NCBI GenBank assembly: GCA_048882045.1
Contig: JBHLRZ010000029.1
Coordinates: forward strand, 1 to 40,289
Origin: Candidatus Thorarchaeota archaeon
GTDB taxonomy: Archaea > Asgardarchaeota > Thorarchaeia > Thorarchaeales > Thorarchaeaceae
Direction: 5' to 3'
DNA: 40,289 bases
Both the position numbers and the translations under genes were made by a program. Positions 19,874 through 28,720 of this stretch are shown here, piece by piece. The notes under the pieces are model-generated. The model saw only the letters and a list, made by a program, of their open reading frames with translations, had not been told where the DNA came from and made no database searches. Each line of letters begins with the position of its first letter. Positions within the stretch are counted from its first letter, which is position 1.

Positions 19874-20371
19874 ATGGAATTTCAAAAGAATAGTGAGCCT
19901 CTTGATGAGGACATGGTCCATTGGACCTCGATATCCGAGCTGACAGTGGAATCACGTTCAGTAAATGTGAGATTCAAAGTTATTGAAGTCGAAGAGCTCA
20001 GGAGTGTGAGCACTCGAAGCACAGGCCGCTCTCATCAAGTTACAAACTGTGTTGTAGGAGATGAATCGGCAGTGATCATTCTAACTCTCTGGAACTGCGA
20101 CATAGATGAAATAGAAATCGGGAAGAATTTCGAACTTGTAAATGGATATATCAACGTCTATGATGAGTGTATGCATCTCGGAAAAGGAAGATGGGGAGAG
20201 TTTAGAGAAACAGACTCAGATATTAGCTACGTCAATAGGGCTCTCGACATGAGCAGACCATTCATGGGTAGACCAAAACGACGCACACGTAAGAGATCTC
20301 TTACTGGACGAACATTCAGTGGTACAGCAGGTAGAGAATCGAGAGGATACGCCTCACGGAAGGGCTTTTGA
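19874..20371 (+). CDS. Single OB-fold single-stranded DNA-binding protein (crenarchaeal SSB/RPA-like) with basic tail
   Basis: ISEL..ESRSVNVRFKVIEV, VVGDESAVIILTLWN, ELVNGYINVY, HLGKGRWG; ATG at 19874 preferred over GTG 19829. Confidence 0.85.
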   Translation: MEFQKNSEPLDEDMVHWTSISELTVESRSVNVRFKVIEVEELRSVSTRSTGRSHQVTNCVVGDESAVIILTLWNCDIDEIEIGKNFELVNGYINVYDECMHLGKGRWGEFRETDSDISYVNRALDMSRPFMGRPKRRTRKRSLTGRTFSGTAGRESRGYASRKGF

Positions 20372-20396
20372 GGTGGTGTGGACATCTCTCTGCTAG

Positions 20397-21290
20397 ATGG
20401 AAGAAAATTCAATGAGGCTGCATTTTCAAGGAGCAGATGTCCTATATCCACTTTCTGTAATTAGAGGAAGACTGAGATTGGCAGGATTGTCACATCTTGA
20501 GTCATCTAGTGTCCTTGATGATGTCACCAGTAACTATGAGTCAGTATCACTTGAAAATCTGTTGAATAAAGTCCAAGAACATCTCGAAAAGGATTATGCG
20601 TCCGTTGCTGACGATTTTGGAATGCTAACAAAATATGAGGAGCTTAGGGCTGTTCAAGCAGTACCATCATTGGTTGTCATTATGTCTGGAGCTTCTGCCA
20701 CAGGTAAGTCAATCATCGCACTAGAGATAGTCAATGACCTGGTTGCTACAAGATTCATCAGTTCAGATACTGTTCGACAAGTCCTCAGAAACACGTTAGA
20801 TGAGAAGAAGTATCCTGAGCTGTTCACTCACACATATCAAGCCCATGTGCATCGACAGGCAGGACCGGAGGACCTTACTCCCCAAGTCAGAGGATTTCTG
20901 GCTCAGTGTGAACTTGTCACACCACTCATACGAAGTATGACAGAGAAGGTTCTTTCAGAAGGCACACTAGGAGTTGTAGAGGGAGTCCATGTGATTCCTG
21001 GTGAGTTGAAAGATCTTGGTATAGGAGTTGTCGAGGTTCTAATTAATCCAGAGAAAGATGTTCATCGATTAATGTTCATCAGCAAACATGGCTCAGGACT
21101 ACGGACCGTATCGGAAGACCTCGGAACAAGAGAGCAAGAGTTCATTGCAGCACGAGAAATTCAAAGCTATCTGGTTGATGTGGCATCAAAAAGAGAAATC
21201 CCTGCCATCAGAATGACCGATTTTGAGGAAGCATACAGAGAGGTTGCTAAGGTCATTCTCGACAGGGTAAAGACAGTTGTAATGATGTGA
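20397..21290 (+). CDS. 2-phosphoglycerate kinase-like P-loop kinase
   Basis: Walker A SGASATGKS, ISSDTVRQVLR, VVEGVHVIPG, and an N-terminal helical (ATP-cone-like) region as in archaeal 2-PG kinases; GAGGTG SD. Confidence 0.75.
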   Translation: MEENSMRLHFQGADVLYPLSVIRGRLRLAGLSHLESSSVLDDVTSNYESVSLENLLNKVQEHLEKDYASVADDFGMLTKYEELRAVQAVPSLVVIMSGASATGKSIIALEIVNDLVATRFISSDTVRQVLRNTLDEKKYPELFTHTYQAHVHRQAGPEDLTPQVRGFLAQCELVTPLIRSMTEKVLSEGTLGVVEGVHVIPGELKDLGIGVVEVLINPEKDVHRLMFISKHGSGLRTVSEDLGTREQEFIAAREIQSYLVDVASKREIPAIRMTDFEEAYREVAKVILDRVKTVVMM

Positions 21291-21302
21291 GAGGGAATCA
21301 AT

Positions 21303-22685
21303 ATGTGGAAAAAAGACTCTCTTGATAAACTCTTCAATCCTGAAACGGTTGCAGTGATTGGAGCTTCGGACAAAGCAAACAAGTTAGGAGCACTAACACT
21401 GCTTGCACTTCGTGATTTCAAAGGCGATGTGTTTCCAGTCAATCCACGTCTTTCTTCAATCAATGGTAAGAGGTGCTATGCTTCAGTCAAAGATATTGAC
21501 TCCCATATTGACCTCGCAATGATTGCAGTAGGTCCTCAATATGTTGTGGAAGCAATGACAGATTGTGCTGAGAAGGGTGTCAAAGGCGCAATCATATTTT
21601 CTGCTGGATTCAAAGAACTTGGAGGAGCCGGAGAGGAGCATCAACGGATGCTAAGGAAGGTATCTGATGAGGGTAAGATCGCAGTGATTGGACCCAATTG
21701 TCTTGGAGCAGGAAACTGTAACTTAGACCTGAATGCGACATTCTTTCCACATCCAACACCTATGAAGAGAGGCTCAGTTGCAATCGTCAGCCAGAGTGGA
21801 GGTGTCACTGGACTGATGATATACCGTGCAGCAGATGCTGAAATAGGGATTTCAAAATTCGCAAGTGTTGGTAATAGAGTGAACATAGAATTTCATGATT
21901 TACTTAGGTATCTTAGGCAGGATGATGAAACTGAAGTTATCTGCCTCTTCATTGAAGGAACTGATTATGCTAGAGAGATGACTGATGAAATCAAGAAGAC
22001 AACTCCGGAGAAGCCAGTGATTGCTTTCAAGGTCGGAAAGACTCCAGCCTCACAGGAAGCTGCTCTGAGTCATACCGGAAGTCTTGCTGGAAATGCAGAT
22101 ATCTACTCAGCAGCGCTAAAGCAAGCCGGAGCACTGGAAGTATCTAGCGTAGAGGAGATGATGGATTCAGCACGAATTCTAAGCGTTTGTAAACACAAAC
22201 CCAAAGGCAACCGAGTAGCCATCGTCACCCATACCCTTGGAATAGCGTTGATTGCAGCTCAGACTCTAGAGCTGAATGGAGTAGAGCTTCCGCTACCTAC
22301 CCAAGAAACAGCGGAAACTATCGAAGGCATGCTTAACCTCCCAGTCAAGGTTCCAATCAAGAATCCAGTTGATCTTCTTGCGCAAGGCTGGGCGAATCCA
22401 AAGATATTCTCTGACGCTTTTGACCTCACTCTGAGAGAGGACCAATATGATGCTGCCATGATAGTCTTTTCACCCAATTATCAAGATGAGATTGGAGGGG
22501 GAGTGCCCATTGACGCAATTGTAAAGACTGCAGACGCTGTACGTAAGCCTGTTGTTAGCATTCTAGCATCCCCGGATAGTAGGAAGCCGCCTGGTTATGC
22601 AATATTAGAATCTGCAGGAATTCCTTTCTTCTCCAGTCCGCAGAGAGCAGCAAAGGCGCTTGCAAATGTCTTGAAACTGTGCTGA
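21303..22685 (+). CDS. acdA: ADP-forming acyl-CoA synthetase alpha subunit
   Basis: LFNPETVAVIGAS, FPVNP, IGPNCLG, VSQSGG, SVGN, SHTGSLAG (phospho-His), KNPVDL. Confidence 0.9.
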   Translation: MWKKDSLDKLFNPETVAVIGASDKANKLGALTLLALRDFKGDVFPVNPRLSSINGKRCYASVKDIDSHIDLAMIAVGPQYVVEAMTDCAEKGVKGAIIFSAGFKELGGAGEEHQRMLRKVSDEGKIAVIGPNCLGAGNCNLDLNATFFPHPTPMKRGSVAIVSQSGGVTGLMIYRAADAEIGISKFASVGNRVNIEFHDLLRYLRQDDETEVICLFIEGTDYAREMTDEIKKTTPEKPVIAFKVGKTPASQEAALSHTGSLAGNADIYSAALKQAGALEVSSVEEMMDSARILSVCKHKPKGNRVAIVTHTLGIALIAAQTLELNGVELPLPTQETAETIEGMLNLPVKVPIKNPVDLLAQGWANPKIFSDAFDLTLREDQYDAAMIVFSPNYQDEIGGGVPIDAIVKTADAVRKPVVSILASPDSRKPPGYAILESAGIPFFSSPQRAAKALANVLKLC

Positions 22686-22686
22686 G

Positions 22687-22720
22687 AAAAAAAGAGAGAG
22701 CCGCTGTCGAAACAGCGGCT
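22687..22720 (-). terminator. Perfect hairpin with downstream U-tract terminating trpB2 (possibly bidirectional)
   Basis: agccgctgt[cgaa]acagcggct at 22699-22720 (9-bp stem; minus-strand loop UUCG) with A7 at 22687-22693, located between convergent acdA and trpB2. Confidence 0.75.
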
Positions 22721-22727
22721 AGGAACT

Positions 22728-24089
22728 TTATTTACCCTGTACCGTGAGGAGATCACTCTGGGTGAGTGAAGCACTCTCTGGACCGTTGCCGTTCAGGGTA
22801 CCTTCCATGAGTGCTTGGTATGCTGTCATGTCAAAGTGACCATGACCAGACAAGTTGAAAACTATCACGCGGGACTCATCCTTTTCCTTCGCCTCCAAAG
22901 CGATATCAATCGCGGCCTTGATAGCATGGGCAGACTCAGGAGCAGGTATAATCCCTTCCGACCTTGCGAACTGCACTCCAGCATTTAGCACATCAACCTG
23001 ATCATATGCACGAGCAACTATTCGGCTTTCATTGACTAATGCACTCATAGTTGGAGCTGCTCCATGATACCTCAATCCTCCTGCATGGATCTTCGGTGGT
23101 GTGAAGTCCGCTCCAAGTGTGAACATCTTCAATTTTGGTGTCATCCCAGCAGTGTCACCAAAGTCATACTCATACTTTCCTTTCGTTAGAGATGGGCATG
23201 CAGTTGGTTCAGCTGCTATGAACTCAGTTTCCTTGAATCTATCGTCAGCTAAGAATGGATATGCAAGACCTGCGAAATTACTGCCTCCTCCTACACATCC
23301 TATTATGTGGTCTGGGATTTCGTCAATACTATCGAGTTGCACGATTGCTTCCTGACCAATCACACTCTGATGAAGCATGACGAAGTTGAGTACTGAACCG
23401 AGTGTATACTTGGTGTTGTCATTCTTGACCGTGTCTTCGATTGCTTCACTGATTGCAATACCCAATGTACCAGGATGATCTGGATACTCTGCGTTGACCT
23501 TCCGACCATACTCTGTCAGATCAGAGGGACTGGGTACGATCTTTGCCCCGTAGGTCCTCATCAGGATGCCTCGGTACGCTTTCTGTTGATAGCTGATGCG
23601 AACCATGTAGACCATAGCCTCTAGTCCGAAATAGGCACAAGCCAATGAGACAGCACTTCCCCACTGTCCTGCGCCTGTCTCAGTAGCCATGCGTTCTATG
23701 CCTTCTTGTTTGGCATAATAGGCCTGAGCAGCCGCAGTGTTGAGCTTATGGCTACCGGTTGGCGACACATCTTCTCGTTTGTAGTAGATGCGACATCGTG
23801 TTTTCAGTGCGTTTTCGAGTCCCACTGCCCTCTGAAGAGGTGTTGGACGTCCTGATCTCATCAGGATGTCCCGAACCTCCGAAGGGATGGCGATGGTCTT
23901 GTCCATAGAAACCTCCTGTTTGACACATTCAGCTGGAAACAAAGCCATCAAAGCATCAGGACTTACTGGCTCTCCCGTTCCCGGGTTTATAGGCGGAGGG
24001 AGAGGATCTTTCAGGTGTGGTAGAATATTGAGATAGTTCTTCGGTGTTTCTTCGCTATCCAATAGTATTCTTGTTTTTTCGTTCTTCAT
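22728..24089 (-). CDS. trpB: Tryptophan synthase beta chain type 2 (TrpB2), stand-alone
   Basis: GRPTPL, YYKREDVSPTGSHKLNTA (PLP Lys), TETGAGQWG, GCVGGGSNFAG, HAGGLRYHG, PAPESAHA, FNLSGHG; no trpA adjacent. Confidence 0.95.
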   Translation of the reverse strand: MKNEKTRILLDSEETPKNYLNILPHLKDPLPPPINPGTGEPVSPDALMALFPAECVKQEVSMDKTIAIPSEVRDILMRSGRPTPLQRAVGLENALKTRCRIYYKREDVSPTGSHKLNTAAAQAYYAKQEGIERMATETGAGQWGSAVSLACAYFGLEAMVYMVRISYQQKAYRGILMRTYGAKIVPSPSDLTEYGRKVNAEYPDHPGTLGIAISEAIEDTVKNDNTKYTLGSVLNFVMLHQSVIGQEAIVQLDSIDEIPDHIIGCVGGGSNFAGLAYPFLADDRFKETEFIAAEPTACPSLTKGKYEYDFGDTAGMTPKLKMFTLGADFTPPKIHAGGLRYHGAAPTMSALVNESRIVARAYDQVDVLNAGVQFARSEGIIPAPESAHAIKAAIDIALEAKEKDESRVIVFNLSGHGHFDMTAYQALMEGTLNGNGPESASLTQSDLLTVQGK

Positions 24090-24246
24090 TTCTTTTACTC
24101 CGTGTTCTTACTCGCTTCTGGGAAGTGGTGTCTCTGCTGAGCTGTCAAAGTTATGACATGGAGAGAGATTTCAAGAAGTGGACTGACTTGATCAGCTCTC
24201 AGAGAAGAAGTTACAGAAACACAGAACGCAGAATTTGGCGAACTGA

Positions 24247-24300
24247 CTAGACGGGCCGCGAAGGACCCAAAAGCCATTGGCCAAGGCACGCTCGTGTCAT
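24247..24300 (-). other. Candidate leader peptide (uORF) of trpB2: MTRACLGQWLLGPSRPV*
   Basis: ATG at 24300 preceded by GGTGA-aaac; one Trp codon; TAG at 24247-24249; followed by a 157-nt spacer to trpB2 with a pyrimidine-rich first half. Confidence 0.4.
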
Positions 24301-24560
24301 GTTTTCACCGTCAGAAACGATTACCGTCGTGGTACACAGTGTTCTTATAAGGATTGCGCATAAATGTACCATACTGTACGAAAATGTACAATGGACGAGA
24401 AATCAAAAAACATGTATCTACCGCATGCTTTTTGAATGAAATTTCTCGGGAATCAATCGAGTCACGCAACATTCCAAGACTACACTTCAACAATTCTGTT
24501 GTTTTGAATTCACAAATACGCGTACTCATTATTCCAACACACAGAGTAGATGATGCAGCA

Positions 24561-26516
24561 ATGCCTAGTGATGAGCTTGACATTTCTCTATTGAAGAAAA
24601 TGTTTGATACTTCTCTTCAGGGAGTCTTTGTCGTGCACAATCGGAAAATCATCTACGTGAACGATACTCTTTGCGAATCAATTGGTTTTGAAATAGAAGA
24701 TTGCCAAGGAGACAGGTTGCAAACCCTTACTGCAATATTGGCGCCAGGATTTACTGAGGAGGCAGTTGAAAGTTATCGGAAGATGGCTTCAGGAGAAACC
24801 GAATCATCTCATGGTAGGCACGAGTTCATAGGAACTGATGGTCAGAAGCGATTCTTGGACACGATTTCAAACAGAGTCACAATTGGGAATGAGGAGTATA
24901 TCATCGTTTTCAGTGTTGATGCAACTGCAGATCAGATTTTGAAGGAAACATTGGCAACTGAGAGGAAGGTCTATAGTATAATTGCAGAAGCGGCGTTGAG
25001 CAATGAAGAAATTGACCAGCTCTGCGACAGAATCCTTTCTGGTCTCGTGAGTACTTTAGGTTTTGATCTTGGTACAATAAGACTGTATGACGAAACTGAT
25101 CAGATGCTTTATCTAAAAGCCTCGGTAGGAATCGAAGAGGGTGTTACTCCGAAGGCGGTCCACAAGGATGATCCCGATTTCCTAGTTGCGCGTACAGCTA
25201 GAACTCTTTCGCCTCTGTTCACATCCGATATCGAACAATCCCCTGAGAGCCAAGACCGAATGGCTCGAGCAAGAGAACTGAAGGTTCGCTCTCTCATTTT
25301 CTGGCCAATCGTTGGTACTGAACATGATCTTCTCGGTGTCATCAACATTGCCGCACACGAGGCAAAAGATCTTGGACCGGAAGACAGGACTGTTTTCGCT
25401 ACAATAGCTGGAATGTTTTCCACAATTCTTGAACGTCGTTATACTGAACAAGAGCTCCAAGACAGTCAGGACAGATTTGTTGCTTTTGCTGACAACATGC
25501 CAGGACCAGTATATATCAAGGATGACCAGTCAAAGGTTCTTTTCATAAACAGATACATGCGAGATATTTCCAGGATGCCTGCACGGGAGGATTGGGAGGG
25601 AAAGAGTAACATTGACCTCTGGCGATCTGATAGGGCTAAGGAACTGACAGAAGAAGACCAGCGTGTTCTGAGAGAGGGGCCAATTGAAAGAGCTCAGGAA
25701 ACTATCCAGGACGGAAAAGTCAGGACTTTCAGGACCCATAAGTTTCCAATCTTTCGTGAAGGAAAACCACCTCTGATCGGCGGATTCTCACTGGACATCA
25801 CTGAGCAGATTGAAGCTCAGAAACAGCGAGAGGAAGCGAGAGCAAGAGCTGAATTCTTTAACGACTTAATGGCACATGACCTGAATAACATGCATCAAGG
25901 AATCATGTCAAGTCTGGAACTCATCCTGGCTGACAAGGGTCTATCTGATCAACAAAGAAAGATGGCAGAGAATGCACTCAGACAGGTAAACAGAAGTGTA
26001 TCACTCATAAACAATGTCAAGAAATTCTCCATGGTAAACCAAGAGAACTTGGTTCTTGAGAAGACTGACCCAGGAGAGGCACTCATCACAGCGATTCAAA
26101 TTGTGAATCAGACTTTTCCAGATAGAAAACTAGTAATTGAAACGAATCTCTCCATCGGAACCTATTGCATAATGGCAAATGAATTCTTAGAGGATGTATT
26201 CTACAACCTTCTCCATAATGCAGTGAAATTCACAGAATCCGAAGAGGTTCGGCTAAAGGTGACATCCTCACTGACAGAAGAGGGAGAGTTCCTCAAGATT
26301 GATTTTGAAGACTGGGGAACAGGGATTGAAGACAGACTAAAGGAGAGCATCCTATCAGGTATAGATGAGAGGGTGCTCAGGGTCTCTGGAGTTGGTCTGA
26401 CACTTGTCAAACAGATTGTAGACCAGTATAACGGAAGCATAGTAATAGAGGACAGGGTAGAAGGAGAACATACTCAGGGTGCAAAGGTTGTAGTCCTGTT
26501 ACCAAACGGTTGTTAG
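24561..26516 (+). CDS. Cytoplasmic PAS-GAF-PAS sensor histidine kinase
   Basis: PAS (MFDTSLQGVFVV..IIYVN), GAF, second PAS (FADNMPGPVYIKD), H-box LMAHDLNN, N-box VFYNLLHNAVK, G1 DWGTGI, G2 SGVGL; ATG 24561 preferred over TTG 24354. Confidence 0.93.
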   Translation: MPSDELDISLLKKMFDTSLQGVFVVHNRKIIYVNDTLCESIGFEIEDCQGDRLQTLTAILAPGFTEEAVESYRKMASGETESSHGRHEFIGTDGQKRFLDTISNRVTIGNEEYIIVFSVDATADQILKETLATERKVYSIIAEAALSNEEIDQLCDRILSGLVSTLGFDLGTIRLYDETDQMLYLKASVGIEEGVTPKAVHKDDPDFLVARTARTLSPLFTSDIEQSPESQDRMARARELKVRSLIFWPIVGTEHDLLGVINIAAHEAKDLGPEDRTVFATIAGMFSTILERRYTEQELQDSQDRFVAFADNMPGPVYIKDDQSKVLFINRYMRDISRMPAREDWEGKSNIDLWRSDRAKELTEEDQRVLREGPIERAQETIQDGKVRTFRTHKFPIFREGKPPLIGGFSLDITEQIEAQKQREEARARAEFFNDLMAHDLNNMHQGIMSSLELILADKGLSDQQRKMAENALRQVNRSVSLINNVKKFSMVNQENLVLEKTDPGEALITAIQIVNQTFPDRKLVIETNLSIGTYCIMANEFLEDVFYNLLHNAVKFTESEEVRLKVTSSLTEEGEFLKIDFEDWGTGIEDRLKESILSGIDERVLRVSGVGLTLVKQIVDQYNGSIVIEDRVEGEHTQGAKVVVLLPNGC

Positions 26517-26610
26517 GCCTACTAGAACCCTTTATCTTGCCGTCACCACTTTTCCCAGAATGGTTAAATTATCCAAAACAGATACTGGAAAACTGCAGGA
26601 AGGGTAAAAT

Positions 26611-27168
26611 GTGGAGCATTACGGTCCAAGCTACGTTCTAAAAATGGTTGCACTTGGAGACGGGGCCGTAGGTAAAACAAGCTGTATCATGCGCTACACA
26701 GAAGACAGTTTTGGTGAAAACTACAAGGCCACCATAGGGACCAACATAGCTGTGAAGAACGTGAAGGTCGAGTTGGTTGAGGGAGAGCCAAAGACTGCTC
26801 AGGTCGTCCTCTGGGATTTAGCAGGTCAACCAACATACAGAGACCTACGCTCAAGGTACATGGTCGGTTCTTCAGCCGCGTTTCTAGTCTATGATGTCAC
26901 GAGAGCCCCCACTTTTCTCAATGTTGCAGAATGGTACAACACGTTTGTCCAAGTGGCTCCTGATGCAAGCGTCGTTCTTGTAGCAAACAAGGTGGACCGT
27001 GAAGACAGGATTGTTCCACCTGAAGCAGGTGAGATGGTCAGTCGTTGGCTCGGTATCGAATGCATAGAAACCTCTGCAAAGACCGGAGAGAATGTCGAGT
27101 CAATGTTCACCAAGTGTGTCGAAACAGCCATTCGAATTGAAGAGAAACGAACTTCTCTTAAGATGTAG
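26611..27168 (+). CDS. Rab/Ras-like small GTPase (eukaryotic signature protein)
   Basis: G1 GDGAVGKT, G2 ATIG, G3 LWDLAGQ, LVYDVT, G4 NKVD, G5 ETSAK; no C-terminal prenylation Cys motif. Confidence 0.93.
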   Translation: MEHYGPSYVLKMVALGDGAVGKTSCIMRYTEDSFGENYKATIGTNIAVKNVKVELVEGEPKTAQVVLWDLAGQPTYRDLRSRYMVGSSAAFLVYDVTRAPTFLNVAEWYNTFVQVAPDASVVLVANKVDREDRIVPPEAGEMVSRWLGIECIETSAKTGENVESMFTKCVETAIRIEEKRTSLKM

Positions 27169-27184
27169 CTGCGCTCAATTCGAA

Positions 27185-28720
27185 CTATGGTACTGGTGGG
27201 ATTGCTGCAAATGCATAGTTCGAGATAATCCATGGTGCAATGAACAATACAAAGACTGCAATAACACAGACTGTGACTGCAACCATTGGTATTGTTGGCA
27301 TCCTGATTGGACTATCATCAACAGGCTCAACCATGTATGTGTATCTCAAGACTCGCAGATAGTAACCCAGAGAGAAGACTGAGTTCAGAAGACCAATCAA
27401 TGCAAGCCACCACATTCCAGCGATAACAGCACTCGCGAAGAGCCACAGCTTGGACCAGAAACCGACTGTAAGAGGCATGCCTGCGAGTGACAACATCAGT
27501 ATAGCAAATGAAGCTGCTACTATAGGTGACCTTTTGCTCAATCCAGCCAAGTCATCATAGGTTATTCTCTTTGCTAGTTGAATCGATAATGCCCACACAA
27601 GTATGAATGCTGCTGTCTTCATGATTGCATGAGTAAAAGCCATGAACAATGCTGATCCAACACCCCATGTGTATGCTTGTAGTGACACAGCAGGATCCGT
27701 TGCAGCACTGATTCCTATGAAGAGATAGCCCATCATCGCGATTGACGAGTAAGCCAGCATCCTCATGATGTCTTTCTGAGCGAGCGCGAGGATATTTCCT
27801 ATGATCATGGTCAGTATTGCCACACCAGCAATAAGGAACATCCACTCTGTCTGTGCAGCCACAAATCCAACAATGAGGATTCTCATCAGAGCTCCAACAC
27901 CTGTCTTCTTCGATCCGCCAGCTAGATAGGCAGTAACACTACCATCTGCACTTGCATAGGCGTCTGGTACCCATTGCCACCCTGGAAAAACTCCCACTTT
28001 GAATCCAAATGAAGCTATGAACAGGATAACTGCGAGGATCATTGTGTAAGCAGCATTTGGCATTGTGGCAGACATGTTCCAGATGTTGGCTACTTCAGCG
28101 GCAACTTCAGAGATCACAGTGGTTCCAGTGACTCCATAGACTAGGGCAATCCCAAAGATCATCAACATGGTTGCTAGAAGACCCATGACAAAGTACTTTG
28201 TCGCTCCGTCAACAGCCTCTCGACCTGGACCCAGAGCAACGAGGATATACGTTGGAGTAGACATCACTTCCCAGCCAATGAAAAGTCCCACGAAATCGAC
28301 TGCCATCACAACCCACATCGCACCGGCAAAGGAAATCAGCAACATGAAGTTGTATGGACCCTTGTCCCCACCATAGAGCGTTGAGGACATCAGCACCAAG
28401 AAACCAACCAGGATGATGATATAGATAAAGAAGTCAGCCATGGGGTCTCGTACAAACTGCATGTTGGTTGTGTCTATAGTAGCTATAAGTGGGTCTAAAG
28501 CAACCATCTCAACAGCAGCCAGTGCAAGTCCTAGGAAACTGACGCCAAGAGGATTGTATCTCATTCCAACAATGAGAGCTAGAATCCCGAACAGGATGAG
28601 CGTTATTGATGGAAGTGACATTATCATGGTGTCTGTCAGTGGTAGAGTTCCTAGAAAGTTCGTGAAAGGCGCAAATAGAGCCTGTATGAAATCTGCAAAT
28701 GGTCCAAGTTGTAACATCAT
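27185..28720 (-). CDS. nuoN: Complex I-like antiporter subunit N
   Basis: FIGWEVMS, ATKYFVMG, GFKVGVFP..WVPDAY, GGSKK, RMLAYSSIAMMGY, SLAGMPLTVGFWSK, SLGYYLR. Confidence 0.9.
   Translation of the reverse strand: MMLQLGPFADFIQALFAPFTNFLGTLPLTDTMIMSLPSITLILFGILALIVGMRYNPLGVSFLGLALAAVEMVALDPLIATIDTTNMQFVRDPMADFFIYIIILVGFLVLMSSTLYGGDKGPYNFMLLISFAGAMWVVMAVDFVGLFIGWEVMSTPTYILVALGPGREAVDGATKYFVMGLLATMLMIFGIALVYGVTGTTVISEVAAEVANIWNMSATMPNAAYTMILAVILFIASFGFKVGVFPGWQWVPDAYASADGSVTAYLAGGSKKTGVGALMRILIVGFVAAQTEWMFLIAGVAILTMIIGNILALAQKDIMRMLAYSSIAMMGYLFIGISAATDPAVSLQAYTWGVGSALFMAFTHAIMKTAAFILVWALSIQLAKRITYDDLAGLSKRSPIVAASFAILMLSLAGMPLTVGFWSKLWLFASAVIAGMWWLALIGLLNSVFSLGYYLRVLRYTYMVEPVDDSPIRMPTIPMVAVTVCVIAVFVLFIAPWIISNYAFAAIPPVP

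Noticed and set aside
24044-24583. ORFs 24044-24250, 24095-24289 and 24311-24583, and the TTG-24354 extension of the kinase
   Set aside because: No recognisable motifs; they lie in a divergent promoter/leader region, and the PAS domain begins after ATG 24561.
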